Below, in pieces: positions 1 to 16,876 of a stretch of DNA of 64,000 nt. The position numbers and the translations under genes were made by a program. Origin of the DNA: the human T2T-CHM13v2.0 reference genome, Homo sapiens. Location: assembly GCF_009914755.1 (NCBI RefSeq), contig NC_060934.1. One strand, written 5' to 3'. The notes under the pieces were generated by a model, which made no database searches, was not told where the DNA came from, and saw only the letters and a list, made by a program, of their open reading frames with translations. Each line of letters opens with the position of its first letter. The stretch's first letter is position 1.

Positions 1-989
1 ATAACTGTTTATTACATGAATACATAAATGGAAACCTGGACGTGAATTGAGGCCACCAGAGAAGATTCTGGAAGCCACCACCACTTGCAGTCGAGGCTTG
101 GTCTCAACCTCACCCTGGTCCCAGAAGGAGGCTGTTCACCTCCCACAGGCTCAGCCCAGGCCCCACTAAGGGAAGAGTATGTGATTAAATGGGGCCACCT
201 TTGGGCTCAGAGCGCGGCCCGCAGGTCAGAGCTGAGAGCCAACACCACATGGGGCAGGAAGGCTGTTGCAGCTGTTTATGTAATGTGTATCTAGAGGATA
301 AATAAACTTCATTTTCCAGGGCTGCCAATCTCTAAACATGCCGAAATATACATTCGCTCAGAAACTTTAAAAAAAATAAACAAATGTGGTGGTGTTTGAC
401 CGAATCTTCCTAGCCTCACAGCCCTGGTCCTGACGACTCACCGTTCAGCTGGTTAATAAACCTCGTTTATGGATCCCCACCTATGGGCCTGCGTGTAAAA
501 GTTCTGCTCCGAGGAATGTTCTCTGTTAGGATGTGGGGGAGGGAGAGTCCAAGCAGCAGATCCTTCTAGTACAGTCGCCAGCAGAACCCAGGAGGCCCAC
601 GGTGCAAGCCACGTACATGATCATCTTCAACTGATCCCGGAGGCGGCCACAAGCACCTGCCAGGTGCAGCCCAGCCAAGAGCAAGTGAGGTTAGGTGAGC
701 CAGGTGAGAGGCGACCTGAGACATTTAAGTAGGGATTACCTCTTAATTGTGACTCTGAGGCACCTTAGATGGGCAAACATCTGCCACATCCCATGCCTAC
801 GTCCCCTTGTGGGGCATGCAGACAGATCAGGAGAAAATTCGGTTCTGGGCTTCACCCCTTCTCAAGCTGAGGCTGGCAGAAGGTACCAGGGGCTTCATCA
901 CCTCCTCCATTCATCTGCGCCATCATGAAGGGCATTTATGCATGTGCTTTTGGTCCACAAAGAGGGGCCTCGTGAAGCCCTCTAAGGCT

Positions 990-1150
990 TCATCAATTCA
1001 TTAATTCATTCATTAATTCATGTATTCATTAACTGGTAGCGCATTTGGAGCTGGGTCCTGCTTTGAGTGCTCATTGGCCACACAACGGCGAGTGAGACAG
1101 TGGCTGCCTTCAAGCGTCTTATAGTCCAGGGGACACAGAGGCCAGGTTTT
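990..1150 (-). mobile_element. L2 3' end fragment
   Basis: (TTCA)-like tail followed by degenerate antisense L2 3' sequence; edges approximate. Confidence 0.55.
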
Positions 1151-1305
1151 GGGAAACAGACACCCAGAGATGTCTTGGGGATTTGGCCAAGGCCTCCTCT
1201 ACTAAGTAACAGAAAGGGACCCAGAGGTGGGTCTGATTCATTGCTGGAAGGTCTTTCTACCATTCAGTGGGTTGCTTTAACCTCGAGTTAAGGGTTTTGT
1301 GCTTG

Positions 1306-1390
1306 GAAAAGGAGAAGGAGGAAGGGAGGGAGGAAGAGTGAAAGAGGAGAGGGGAGAGGAAGAGAGAGGAGGAGGGAGAGCGGGGGAGGG
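1306..1390. repeat. GA-rich homopurine low-complexity tract
   Basis: almost pure A/G run (ggagaaggaggaagggaggg...). Confidence 0.85.
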
Positions 1391-1986
1391 TGTCCGAATG
1401 GCCATCCTAGTTCATGGGCTTGTCCAGCAGCAGTGACAGGACTCCAAAGTCAGGAATCACTGTCCCCTTTGTCAGGCGTCTGAGTGACTGCCATGGTGTC
1501 AGCACCTCCCAGCACCGAGGTGACAGCCTGGCTCCCACAGACAAACCAACCACTGTGCGGCTGCTCAGAAAACCAGAGAGCAGCTCCAGTCCCGGAAGAA
1601 AAACTGGTGGTGCAGGGCTTATGGGAAACAGCACATAGTCTCCAAGCATCTCTCCAGAGAGTTCCAAGGGGAATTCTGACTAAACAAGGTTTTCGCCTTC
1701 AGTACTAACCTTAGACCCTAACCCCTCCCCACAACAGCTCAGGCAGAAGGGGCCACCATGCCCCCAACACCCCAAAAGAGGTCTGGGCCTGTCACAGCTC
1801 TCACGTGAACACAGCCAGAAACACTCAGAGGAAACGAATAAATTGCTGTGGCGGATGACACAGAGGTGCCCAGATCCTCCCTCGGGGCTGAGCCACTGCC
1901 GTGAGAGTTGGCAGCGACTCTCTGCCCAGTCCCTTGTGGGGAATTGCCCTGTGTGGAAGAGACGCCCCTCCCTCCCCAACTTGTTT

Positions 1987-2090
1987 TAGGGTGACCAACT
2001 CATCCCAGTTTGCAGGGACTGTCTCAGGTTTGACACTGAAAGGCCCACATCCCAGGATCCCCCTTAGTCCTGGGATGGGTGGTCACCCTA
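1987..2090. mobile_element. MER81-like hAT-Blackjack MITE
   Basis: terminal inverted repeats tagggtgacc (1987) / ggtcacccta (2081-2090); interior resembles recalled MER81. Confidence 0.75.
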
Positions 2091-3139
2091 GCTGTTGGGG
2101 TGAGGGACAGGTGGTCACCCTAGTTGTTGGGGTGAGGTAGGGTGGGAGCACAGAAAGGCCTGGCCCCTCACCCAATGGGAGACAACTCTGAAAGACCACA
2201 GTAGCTCCAGGCGCTTTTGCCTTGACCAAGGCAGGTTCACTGGCACCAAGTTCCACCTCCTTCACTCCTCCGTGGCTGGGGATCCCAAGGCCAGCACCTC
2301 AGGAAGCTTCCTGTGTACAAATCTTGACCTCAGAGTCTAGCTCATGGGGAACCTGACCTCAGGCAGGACCACAAGTGGAATCGTGGTTTGGCAGCTTCTG
2401 GCATCTTGAGGTTGTCAACAGACACCACAGCAAGGGGCATCTGGGGACTGCAGGAGGGTGAGAGTCCCATGCCCACCTGGTCCCCTCCCGAGAGGCTCTC
2501 ATTCTGCCCTCCGTGATTTTCACTTGCCCCACTCATGGAATATTGTTTGAAATAAAATGGATTCACATCCATTTAGTTCTGAAGCCTCTATGGCATCCCT
2601 GGAATTGGCAAAGATGCCCGGGGTGCTGCTAAAATGGGCTCCCCGAGATGAGGCTTGGAGCAGCCACAGGGAGTCCAGCAATGGGAGGCACCCTGAAGTG
2701 TCGGGTACTCCAAGCCTTCCTTGACTTTCACTCATGTGAAAGATGAGTAAAGACAGCCTTTGGCATTTTGTCCACAGGGACCAAGACTTGACTTTAGAAA
2801 GCATCCAGATATTGCTGGCAGGTTGGAGGTAGAGGCAGAGAAGATAAGTAAATAACATGCAATCCACATGACGAAAATAGTTTGAGATCATCCAGGGAAG
2901 GAGAGGCTTCCTGATGCCAGAATGAGGACAGGGCTTTCCAGCTGACAAGGAAGGTCACCCGCCTATGAGTAAAAAATGAGTGGGTAAGGCACTTTGCAAG
3001 GGCCCCTTTGGTTCTAATATTGAAAAAATCACCACCCAGGTCCAGTTTTCATTGGAAATTTACACCCTAGCCAAACACTGCACTTTGTAAGAAATTAGGA
3101 AAAGACATTCTCTGCCTTCAGAAATTTTCACAAACCCTG

Positions 3140-3675
3140 CTATAAGTTTCATTTGTGCATTGTTGCATAACAAATGATCCTAAAATATAGTCGCTTAAAA
3201 CAACAACCATTTATCATTACTTGCAATTCTGTAGGTTGACTGGGCTCAGCTGGGTGGTTCTTCTGTTCTATAGTGATGTCATCAGGGGCCACTCTCATCC
3301 AGAAGCTCAACTGGGCTGGAGTGAGCACTCTCTCATTCACTCACCTAGTTGGCAGTTCCTGCTGGCTGTCAGTCAGGGGCTCAGGTGAGCTGTCGATAGA
3401 AGCACCTCATTTTCCTTCCATATGGGCTCTCTACTAGGCTGGAGCTTATCACAGCATAGCACTGAATTCCAAGCAGGAGTGTTCCAAGAAAGGGAAAGCA
3501 AAAGTTGCAAATCTCTTAAGTCCTGACTTTGGAAGTTACACAACATTGCTTTTGTCACATTCTATTGAGCAAACCAAGTCATATGCCAGCCAAGATGCAA
3601 GAGGAGTGGAAAGAATCTTTACCCCTTGATGGGAGAGGTGGCAAAAACTTTGCAGCCACCTTTTAACCCACTGCA
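3140..3675 (-). mobile_element. MLT1 (MLT1F/G/H-like) MaLR solo LTR
   Basis: gcttaaaacaacaaccatttat, ctgggctcagctgggtggttcttctg, ccttgatgggagaggtggcaaa: typical antisense MLT1 blocks. Confidence 0.75.
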
Positions 3676-4174
3676 GGTGGTCACTGTTAGGGAAATGGAG
3701 AATGACACCCAACTTTGGTGACATTATTATAGTGCTAAAGACCCCAGTTCATGGAGTAAGGAGTCACAACAAACGGAGTGAAGGAGAGCAGTCACATCAC
3801 AACTGGCAGGGAGACCAACAACCTGAGGGCACAAAGCTATAGAAACAAGAGAAACCTCTTCCTCTTTCACTCCCTGTGTGAGCAATGATGACAGGAGTGG
3901 AAACCTGGTGTTTTGAAGTCCATTGACCTGGTCTAGCCACCTTTTTCTTTCCTTCTTTTGAGTCTGGATAGGATGTTCCTCAGGCAAACAGGAAGTCTTC
4001 TTTAACTGCAAACTCCTGCTTCAAGTCTCCTGGTGAGATCAGACTAGGAAACCTACTTCCTCTCTGCACCCTTCAGTTCTGAGCTCCAAACCTATCATTC
4101 AACACTTGTTTTCCACAAGAAGTGACAACGCTGTGAACTAAATAAAGTGGAACTTCATCCTAGGGCTTAATTCA

Positions 4175-4555
<381 letters not shown>

Positions 4556-5134
4556 TTAACTCCTCTTTTAAAAACCTTTTTTAAAAAAAAGAAAGAAACC
4601 TTGTTTTTCACCCATCCCTCTCTGATTTCACATACATAGACTGCAGATATCACATCTTTAGCCCAGCATGGATCTCCGAGCTGGACCCCTGAGGAGACCC
4701 CTGCATACCCAGGAGGCCACTTCTATCAATTCCTTGAGCAAGCTGGGAGGATGGGTGTGGACGTCAGAAACAGCTTTAAATGCCTTCCCAATGAGGAAGG
4801 TGAAAACCACACCAGATTTCCAGAAAGTGATTTCTCACCTACAAGGCAATTTCAGAGGACGTGAGGGCAAAGCTTAGCAGCTCTGGAGGGCCACAGCCCC
4901 CGCGCGTCTCCACTAGTGCAGCAGTCTGCTCTCTGCATATTTTTCTACTTTCTTGTGCAACGTGTTCCCAAAACCAACTTACAACCAAGCTGGAATGAAC
5001 AAAAAAGAGATTTGGTCTCCACATCAAGGCACATCTGGGAGGTAACTGGGAGGCATTTGATAAGAAGACATTGTGTGGACAAACTCTGCAATAAATAACC
5101 AAGAAACTCCAGAGGAGTTCCACTGAATCGTAGA

Positions 5135-5290
5135 TTTGTTTATTCATTCATTCAGCCAACATTTATCAAGTACCTGGTATGCCAGACCCGGGGACAGCAG
5201 CAAATGTGAGTCTTGGAGTGTGGAGTCAGGTGAGGACACAGGTATTGAACTAGCAATGACAAGTGTGAGGAGAGCCATAGAAGACAACAG
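5135..5290 (-). mobile_element. L2 3' fragment
   Basis: ttcattcattcagccaacatttatcaagtacct... antisense L2 tail. Confidence 0.6.
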
Positions 5291-5335
5291 TGCCCTGCAA
5301 GAATGGGTCCCTTCCTGCAAAAGTGAGTCCTGTGT

Positions 5336-5654
<319 letters not shown>

Positions 5655-6914
5655 TCAGTAAAAAGTCACAATTTTGATTCTGCAGCTACTGAAAAAGTAA
5701 TCTTTTATGAACAAATGATTCAAGGGCCAAAGCTCTCTGCTGCTGTGTTTTGATTTCATGCCACCTGACACTTGTGTTGGCGAGCCAGCCACCAAATATC
5801 ATGCTAAGATACAAAGTCTGAATTTTGTACTACTGAAGAGTTGTCAGTAAAAGGACACTTGACCACAGAGAAAAACAAGTCACCCTTCCGTAACTTGGCC
5901 CCTAGGGACCATCAGTCTAGTAACTCACCATTGCTTAGCATTTTTCTTTTGCCAAAAGAGAGGGCCAGGCTGGAGAAGGGGCTGAGGTAAGAGCTATGGA
6001 TCTCCCAGGGGATGCAACTGTCACCCCAGCTCAGCCACTGGGGGACAAAGGCAGGTCACTGCTCTTCTCTGGCTTCAGTTTTTCCATCTGCGAAATTGGG
6101 TAGCAGAGATTTATTGACCATGGTCTGTCATTGAGTAATTCTTCAGGAGCAACAAGGAGGCAGCTGGAGAGGGGTTGGCCTTATGGAGGAGGCTCTGGTC
6201 CCCCAGCCACACTGTGGATCTAGGGACCCTTCTGCTGTTATCTGTTTAGCAGGATAAAAAGTCCGTCTTGTGTAGGCTGGGGAAGGTCGCTAGGTTCCAG
6301 GGAGGACTCAGGGTGCTGTGCCCACTACTATCAGGCTGGCCCTGTTGCAGGAATATGACTGGCTTTGGCATTACTCTGATGAACCATCAAGCCCCAGCAT
6401 GAAAGAGGAGATGCAGAAGAGCATTTGTCCATGCAATCTAAAAAAGGTGAGCACAGAACAAGAAGGATGGAGGGGAAGGGATGCCAGAGCAAGTGCCCAG
6501 AGTGGCCCAGGAGGAAGACCCTGTCCCCTTGAGGGCACCTGTGGTTGGGAGGCCCTGAGCAGGGCATGTCAGTGTCCCCTGATCTGGAATCCAAGAGCAA
6601 TGAACACCCCGGATACATACATCATCTAGATTGGGTTTCTGCATCAGATTTCATTTACAAAAGAGTTTCCCTGCTGAATTAAATGTGACGACCACATTCT
6701 CCATTCACAGTGCTGGTGACTGGAGATTTCTTGCAACAACTCTATACCCCACCCAGTCACATTGCTACTAACAGCAGCCTTGCACCTGGGCCAAAACATT
6801 CACAGGAGAGTGAGAATGACAAGAGTTGTCTCTAAGGACCTAAAGAAGAGGACAGCCAACTTGTCAGCCAAAGCACCTACCTATTTCCCTCCTTCTTCCC
6901 CTTTCTCTATCTTC

Positions 6915-7150
6915 ATTGCTTCATTCACACATTTATCCAACCCACCAGCCAACCTACTAATATTTTTTGAATGCCTACCTTGTGCAGAGCTCTGGGAAAG
7001 ACACTAAGAATTCAGCACTGACTGAGACAATATCTTTGCCTCCATATGATTTATATTCTGGGGGAGATAGACAATAAACAAATAAATAAGACAATTATTA
7101 ATTGCAGCAAAAGCAGAAACAAAAGTAAAGTAATGGAAGTAGAGAGTTAG
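6915..7150 (-). mobile_element. L2 3' fragment
   Basis: ttttgaatgcctaccttgtgc...gggagatagacaataaacaa. Confidence 0.65.
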
Positions 7151-7237
7151 TGAGGGGCCTCATCCTTCTTGGTCTTGGACCCTAATCTTCTGCAGGTGGA
7201 CAGCCACATCCCAAAGCAGGACTCCATTCATACTTCA

Positions 7238-7350
7238 GTGTGTGCACAGAGCACTTGGGGACCTTGTGGAAATGTAGAAGCTGACTCAGTAGTTCTGGTG
7301 TGGGGCCTGAGATTCTGCATGTCTACCGGTTCCCAGGTGATGTGGGGCCA
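7238..7350. mobile_element. MER5-like hAT-Charlie fragment
   Basis: ctgactcagtagttctggtgtggggcctgagattctgcat...cccaggtgatg. Confidence 0.65.
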
Positions 7351-8101
7351 TGCTTTTTACAGTGTAGGTCCACAGAACATGGACTACTCATTGCCAAGCC
7401 CAGACGATGGTGATAGCCCCTTGCCCCAAGGATGGCACCCGAGGGAAGCTGAGGAGGGAGCCTGCAAAGACCTGCAGAACTTCCGAGGTTGGAGAAGCCT
7501 GACCAGACCCATGAGCAGCTGCATAGCTGTGCCTTGCAAACCCAACCAAGTGGCTTTAGCAGGAACTGCGGTAGAGCTCAGAGGTGTCTCAACCAGCTGC
7601 CAGGGCTGCCAGGAAACTTAAGCAAAGACATCTGCCTTTGCCATTAAAAAAAAAAAAAGAAGTATCTCTTAGCTGGGTATGTGTGGTGGCAGAGATAGGA
7701 CAGCTCTATGATGAAGCTGGTTTTGAGATGGACTGGACCAGCAGCCATGAGATGGATCTCTGCACCCAGTCCCTTTGCTCACCTTGGTCCCACTTCTTTC
7801 TTCTTAAGTTCCAAAGAGCTGCACTCAGCCCTCAGGTCTCAGCATGCTGTGGAAAGCACACGTGTTTGGAACTGATGGCACTTGAGCCTCAGCTAAACCC
7901 TAACAAGCGTCACCCTCCCGGCCCTGGTGGTCCCATCTGTGCACCAAGCCAAAATTGCCTGCCTGCTTTCCGTGTGGTATCATGGTGTTGATCAGAGGAA
8001 ACAGACACCATTAATATAATGAGCACGTCCGATCTAGCAGCCTGGAGTTTACCCAGCCTTGAAATAGACAGAGGGGACCCTTAGCTGAGGGAAGCTGATT
8101 A

Positions 8102-8412
<311 letters not shown>

Positions 8413-8415
8413 GTT

Positions 8416-8790
<375 letters not shown>

Positions 8791-9648
8791 TCATGAGAAA
8801 GCAGGCTTGTATCAACATCACTCAAAATCAGTATCTAAAACAGCACCCGGCACACAGGGGACTCTGCTTAAATGACCGCGGGTGAACACAGAACCTACCT
8901 CTCCCACCATTCACTCCCTCCTTCCTACTGGATCTTTGTTTGGTTTCTTTATCTCAGAGTCCCTGCGTGGAGCAAACCAGTTGTACCTGGAAAAGCTGTG
9001 CTGTCTCTTTAAGTCCCTCGCGAGTCTCCCGACTTTCTTTGGCATCAGAATTGGGCATCTCTGGGAATCTGACCCACATCTGTGCAGAATAAAGAACAAT
9101 TATCAAGCTGAAACATGCCCTGCACCCAACACACCTACTTAATTGGTGCTTTACTTAAGCTAATGTTTCAGATTATTTGGGCCTCCCCAATGCATCGAGT
9201 TGAAAAGGCAAAGCTCATTTGCTGCTAGTGTCCCTTGATGCCTCATGTGCCTCGTATGCTCCACACATGCACGAAAGCCTTCCAGGGTGTGCGTGGGCAT
9301 GAACCTAGTTAATAATGCTTTTTGCTTCTTAGCAATTGCCAGCTTCGTAGGCAGAGCTTTTTGAACGTGTTTCTGGAAACCTCTTCTGAACCACAGGACT
9401 AGAATAGAATAGCAGACACTCTGTAAATATTTGTAGAGTGACCGAACAACACAGAGGGGGCAAAGCATAGTGGCTAAGAAGGATTAAGATGTTGGCTTCG
9501 GACAGATCTAGGATCTGGGTGTGAGTATCAGCTCTGTCTGTGGGGCCTGAAGCTGTCTAAACACATGTCTTCATAAGCTGAACTGATAAAATAAAATCAT
9601 ATTGATAAAACTGGCAAGGAGGAAGTACTTTTAAAATGTTAGTTGTTG

Positions 9649-10078
<430 letters not shown>

Positions 10079-10470
10079 GGCTATTATTATTTAATAGAGG
10101 AGATGCTTAGAGATCATCAAATCCAACATATTTATTTGACATATGAAGCTAGTGAACCTGAATAGGCTGAGCAACCTGAAGTCACACTGCCTATTAGCAG
10201 AACATTGCTTTAAGGTCACACTGGTTTTGGTCCCAGGCTCTGGGTCCCACTTGGGGAGCTAAGCTACCAGCGGTTGTCTCCATAACACTGCAGAAAAGAG
10301 CTGTGAGGAGGTGACCTCTAAGCCCCACCAAGGTTCTGAAAGATCCTCATTTACAAAGGATGGCAGTGAACTTCAGAGATGTTAAAAAACCTCTCTGAGG
10401 TGGCCCCAGGCCACACAACAGTGTGTGATTGCTAACGATGTGTTTCCTGGATTCTCTTGCACTGAAGTAG

Positions 10471-10822
<352 letters not shown>

Positions 10823-10974
10823 TAGCTAGCGTCCTGGTTTCGGTGATACCAACAACCTACTTTCAGCTTCCCCTGTCTTCTTTCAGTGTGTTTGTTTCAG
10901 AAATCACTGGTTCATCCTGATTATTGACACATCCTGGTCAGAATTAACTGCTCCCATTCATGTCTCTATCATAG

Positions 10975-11385
<411 letters not shown>

Positions 11386-11689
11386 TAAACATTTGCTGAA
11401 TGTCATTGTTCTCAATGTCTGTCACATTGCTTACCATTGGGAGGAACTGACAATGACCTAGCTTTCCCAGTCAAGATGCAAGAACTCTCAAAAAGACCCC
11501 CAAACATCCCTGCTGAATGAAATGTCTTAGCTCCAGTCTTACCTCCAGTGAGAAATAATGGGCGGCACCCCACCCCCCTGCTAAATAACTCAGCCTAATT
11601 TATACTTGATAGGTTTCCCCATTCACGTCCTTTTTCCAGAGCATTTTCATTTCTCCCTTAAATCCTGGAAAATCACTATTTATCTCATC

Positions 11690-11896
11690 TGTGAGCTAGA
11701 GCCGGCTCTCCTGGTTCACAGGAGCCAACTGTGTGCACCTCTTGCCAAGGCCATGTTTAGGGAAGACACATAGATAGCTCGAAATGAGCCATTCTGGAAG
11801 TATTTACACTATGGAAATCAGCAAACACTACAAATCAAGGCTTTTTAGAACATTTCTTAGAAAACCAGTTGTTAAACATTTGCCAGTACACCACTG
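11690..11896. mobile_element. MER63A-like hAT-Blackjack element
   Basis: gtatttacactatggaaatcagcaaacactacaaatc...gttgttaaacatttgccagtacaccactg end. Confidence 0.75.
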
Positions 11897-13581
11897 CCTA
11901 TGTGATACCAAGCCCTCCTTCCCCTCACTCTGCCTGCTTGTACATGTCTTAATGCTCTGGAGCCACCAGCCAGTCTCTCCAGTTTCGACCATGTTATCCA
12001 TTTTCTCCCAAGACCCATCTGAGTGCCGCTCAACCCTTCTGCTTGTCCCTGCCAATTGTGGGTAGCCAGCACACCGCGGTTCTAAAAGAGGTATTATCTA
12101 TAACAGAATCTCTTACAACCAAGTCCCATCACCCCAAATGAGTCAGTTCAGCACGCTGCTTGTAAAAATGTGTTTACAGAATGTCTTTCAGATCCATGCT
12201 TTGCACATGCCTTCACTTGCTAAAGAATTATCCAGTTCCCCTCCACTTCCCCGCTCTCATGTCCCAAACAAAGTGTGATCATCACATTTTTAAATCTCCA
12301 GCACACCCTGGGTCTTGTCAGGCAGCCGCATACGGACTGAGTTTCTTTTAAACAGGCTAAAATTTCTCGTCTCTCAGCTTAGTCTTCATGGCTTTGACTA
12401 GGGGAAAAGGCACTCACCACTTCCAAGCCAGGCTGCCAAGAAAAGGCTCAGCAGAGCCCCCCAAGTCTCTTTTTGAGGAACGCTCTGATTTACAGAATTA
12501 AGTTATGGCCCGACTCTTCAAACGGATAATCACAGACTGTAGCAAAACTCTGAGACTGAAATGCGAGCTGCCGTTTTGCAGCGTGCACTGTGATTTTTAG
12601 CAAAGCCTGTTTAAATTGTGACGCTCTCCTCACAGCCCTGCCTTTCATTTCTGTCAGTTTCCAGGCACTGGGGCTCTTTTCTTTGGAGAATGATACATCC
12701 AGGCTGGGACTTCAACTGGCTTTCCCCATCAACATTTCTTTACAACGTTTTTAAAAATCAGAGATAAAGTTTTACTTGAAGAGAAGTCTTATATAACTCT
12801 ATTGCCTGCCCTGCTAGTCCTGACTGTGCTACAAAGGACTGGGTTGAGGGCCGCGTGCTTCCCTGAGAAGACGTAAGCCTTTTAAAGCAATGAAATGATC
12901 ACTTCTCATTAATTTAGCTGTAACTCAATTATTTTGGAAACAAAACAAAGAGACTGTGGAAAATCTTGCTAAAAATAGCAAATCAATGAAGTGGAATGGT
13001 TGGTTTTAAGACAATTAATTATGCAACAGTAATGTTCTTAATCATCTCTAAAGGAAACTATTTGCTCATAGTATTAGAAGAGATCAAGCAAGGACCTTGC
13101 CAGTCACCCCCTAGTCCCAGCTCATCATTTAGTGCCCTCTGGGGCTGGTTGTTTCTAACTGGTTTTCACCGTGGGAGGATAGACAGAGTGGGACTAGGGA
13201 AGCTGCAAGCCCTATTTTGGCCACCTGGGTATCATCAAGGAAGAAGAATTCAAGCATATTCCTTTCGTCGATGGCTCCTTTCAGTGTGGAGGAAAACCCC
13301 AGTGCCCAACCAATTTCCCCTGCTCATCATTACACAAAATCCCTGCACTAGAATACACAGGCAGACAGACTGCTTTCAGCAATTGATGTGCGTGTCTTAA
13401 AGTAGGGTCTGACAGCGCACACACTATGCAGCCAGTGGAACCCAAGTGCACACAGCCTCACACAGCATGAGCATCAACATCTGGTTCCCACTCTTCATTA
13501 TGGAGACGACTTGCATTTATTGAATGCTTGCTGCATGCCACATGCAGTTCTAGGCACTGTACACACATCCAGTCGTTTTAA

Positions 13582-14030
<449 letters not shown>

Positions 14031-14140
14031 CAGATCCACTCTTTAATCCTATGAGGTAGGGTATTAGCCCTATTTACAGATGGGGAAACTAAGGCACAGG
14101 GCCATGCAGTAAGTAGCATCTCTTTAAAGAGATGGCTATA

Positions 14141-14577
<437 letters not shown>

Positions 14578-14591
14578 TTATGTCTGTAAAC

Positions 14592-15279
14592 CAGGGCTTG
14601 GCAAGTGTTTTCTTGCAAAGGCCATTACAGATTCTTTAGGCTTCGCAGGCCACACAGTCTCTGTTACAAATACTCTCCTCTGCCCTTGTAGCAAAAGCAG
14701 CCCTAGATCATATGTGTGTATGTCATGGGCATGGCTGTATCCCAATGAAACTTGATTTTTGGATGCTGAAATTTGATGTCATATCATATTTTTACTGCGG
14801 TGAAATGGAAAGAACATACAATTTTATCATTTAACTATCTTAAAGCTACCATTCGATGGTGATAAGTACACCATTCGATGGTGATAAGTACATTCACATG
14901 GTTTTGAAACCATCACCCATCGCCCATCTCCACAAATGTTTCATCTTCTCAAACTGAAACTCGATGCACATTAAATACTAACTCCCCCTTCCTCCACCCC
15001 ATCTACTGAAACCACCATCCTACTCTGCCTCTATGAATCTGACCACCCTAAGAACTTCATGTCAGTGGAATCATGCAGTATTTATCCTTTTGTGTCTGGC
15101 TTCTTTCCCATAGCATAAAGTGAATTTCCTATCATTTTTGCATATCAGAAAATGTTAGCCATCTTCTGATTTGTTTTCGGTGATTTGTAAAGGTACAAAG
15201 CTTTCTTACCTCACACAGCCTGTACCAAAGCAGGTGGTGGGATGGATTTGGCCCGTGGGCCATAGTTTGCCTGCCCCTG
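14592..15279 (+). mobile_element. MER58B-like hAT-Charlie element interrupted by L1
   Basis: caggg...ccctg ends; ttaggcttcgcaggccacac and gatttggcccgtgggccatagtttgcc. Confidence 0.75.
14790..15118 (-). mobile_element. L1MB-like 3' fragment inside MER58B
   Basis: ctgaaaccaccatcctactctgcctctatgaatctgac...gtggaatcatgcagtatttatccttttgtgtctggctt. Confidence 0.75.
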
Positions 15280-16156
15280 ATCTCAACGTTTTCACAAATG
15301 TCAATCTGACCATCTGCTTTGTACAGCACAGAGAGGCCAAGCAACTTGTCTACAGTAACACAGCTGCAAACCTGGCCACACTCAAACCAGAAGCCAGGCA
15401 TCTATATTCCCAGTTTGTTTCGGGAACAAAGGAGAAAAGTTTGAATCCTCCAGTTTTTTCACTGAAAGTGGTTCCATGCTGGGTGACGTCTTTAAAAGTT
15501 ACTGTTGTTACTGGTAAAGGCACAGAGGTTTCTCCAGGCTTCCCATCCTGGAGAAGGGATTGGCAACGCATAAGACACTCTGCTTTAGAAGAAAGATCAA
15601 GTATGCACTCGTCCTCTGACTGTTGTTCAAGTCAAACAAACCAGGCCAGACAGCGAACAGTCAGCTTTATTCACTCAAGCCCTCCTTCACTGGAGCACAC
15701 ATTACTTTTCTATACGATGACTTGCCAAATGCTTAAAAGGCACATTTTAAAGAATAACAAATGCTACTCTGTTTCTTTCTGGTGGCCAGGACATCTTGTG
15801 TTTACAGTGTGGAGCTTGGGGGGCTTAGAAACACCCAGCCATATTCTGGCTTTCTTCTCCCAAGTCAGAGCTTGCACACATGGAGTTTTTTACATGCTGG
15901 CACTGGCAACAGGACCTTGGGCAGGGGACCCAAAGGGGGCCCACTGAAGGGTGAGGGCCAGCCTCCCCCAGCCTGGGCACTGATTGTTTGAACCGGGTTT
16001 TGAACACAGCCTGACATCTGCACGTATAGACCCGTGCCAGGGTACAGGGCAAGCAGAGCTCATGTGCGGGAAGAGAAACAGTCCAGGTTTATTTTCAACA
16101 GCTGTCTTTCAAGAGCTGCAAACAGAGAGCAAATGTGAATGACTGGGAAAAGGCTA

Positions 16157-16876
<720 letters not shown>

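Noticed and set aside
15171-15947. Longest ORF (258 aa)
   Set aside because: Non-ATG start inside MER58B, no recognisable domain or exon structure; most likely a chance ORF
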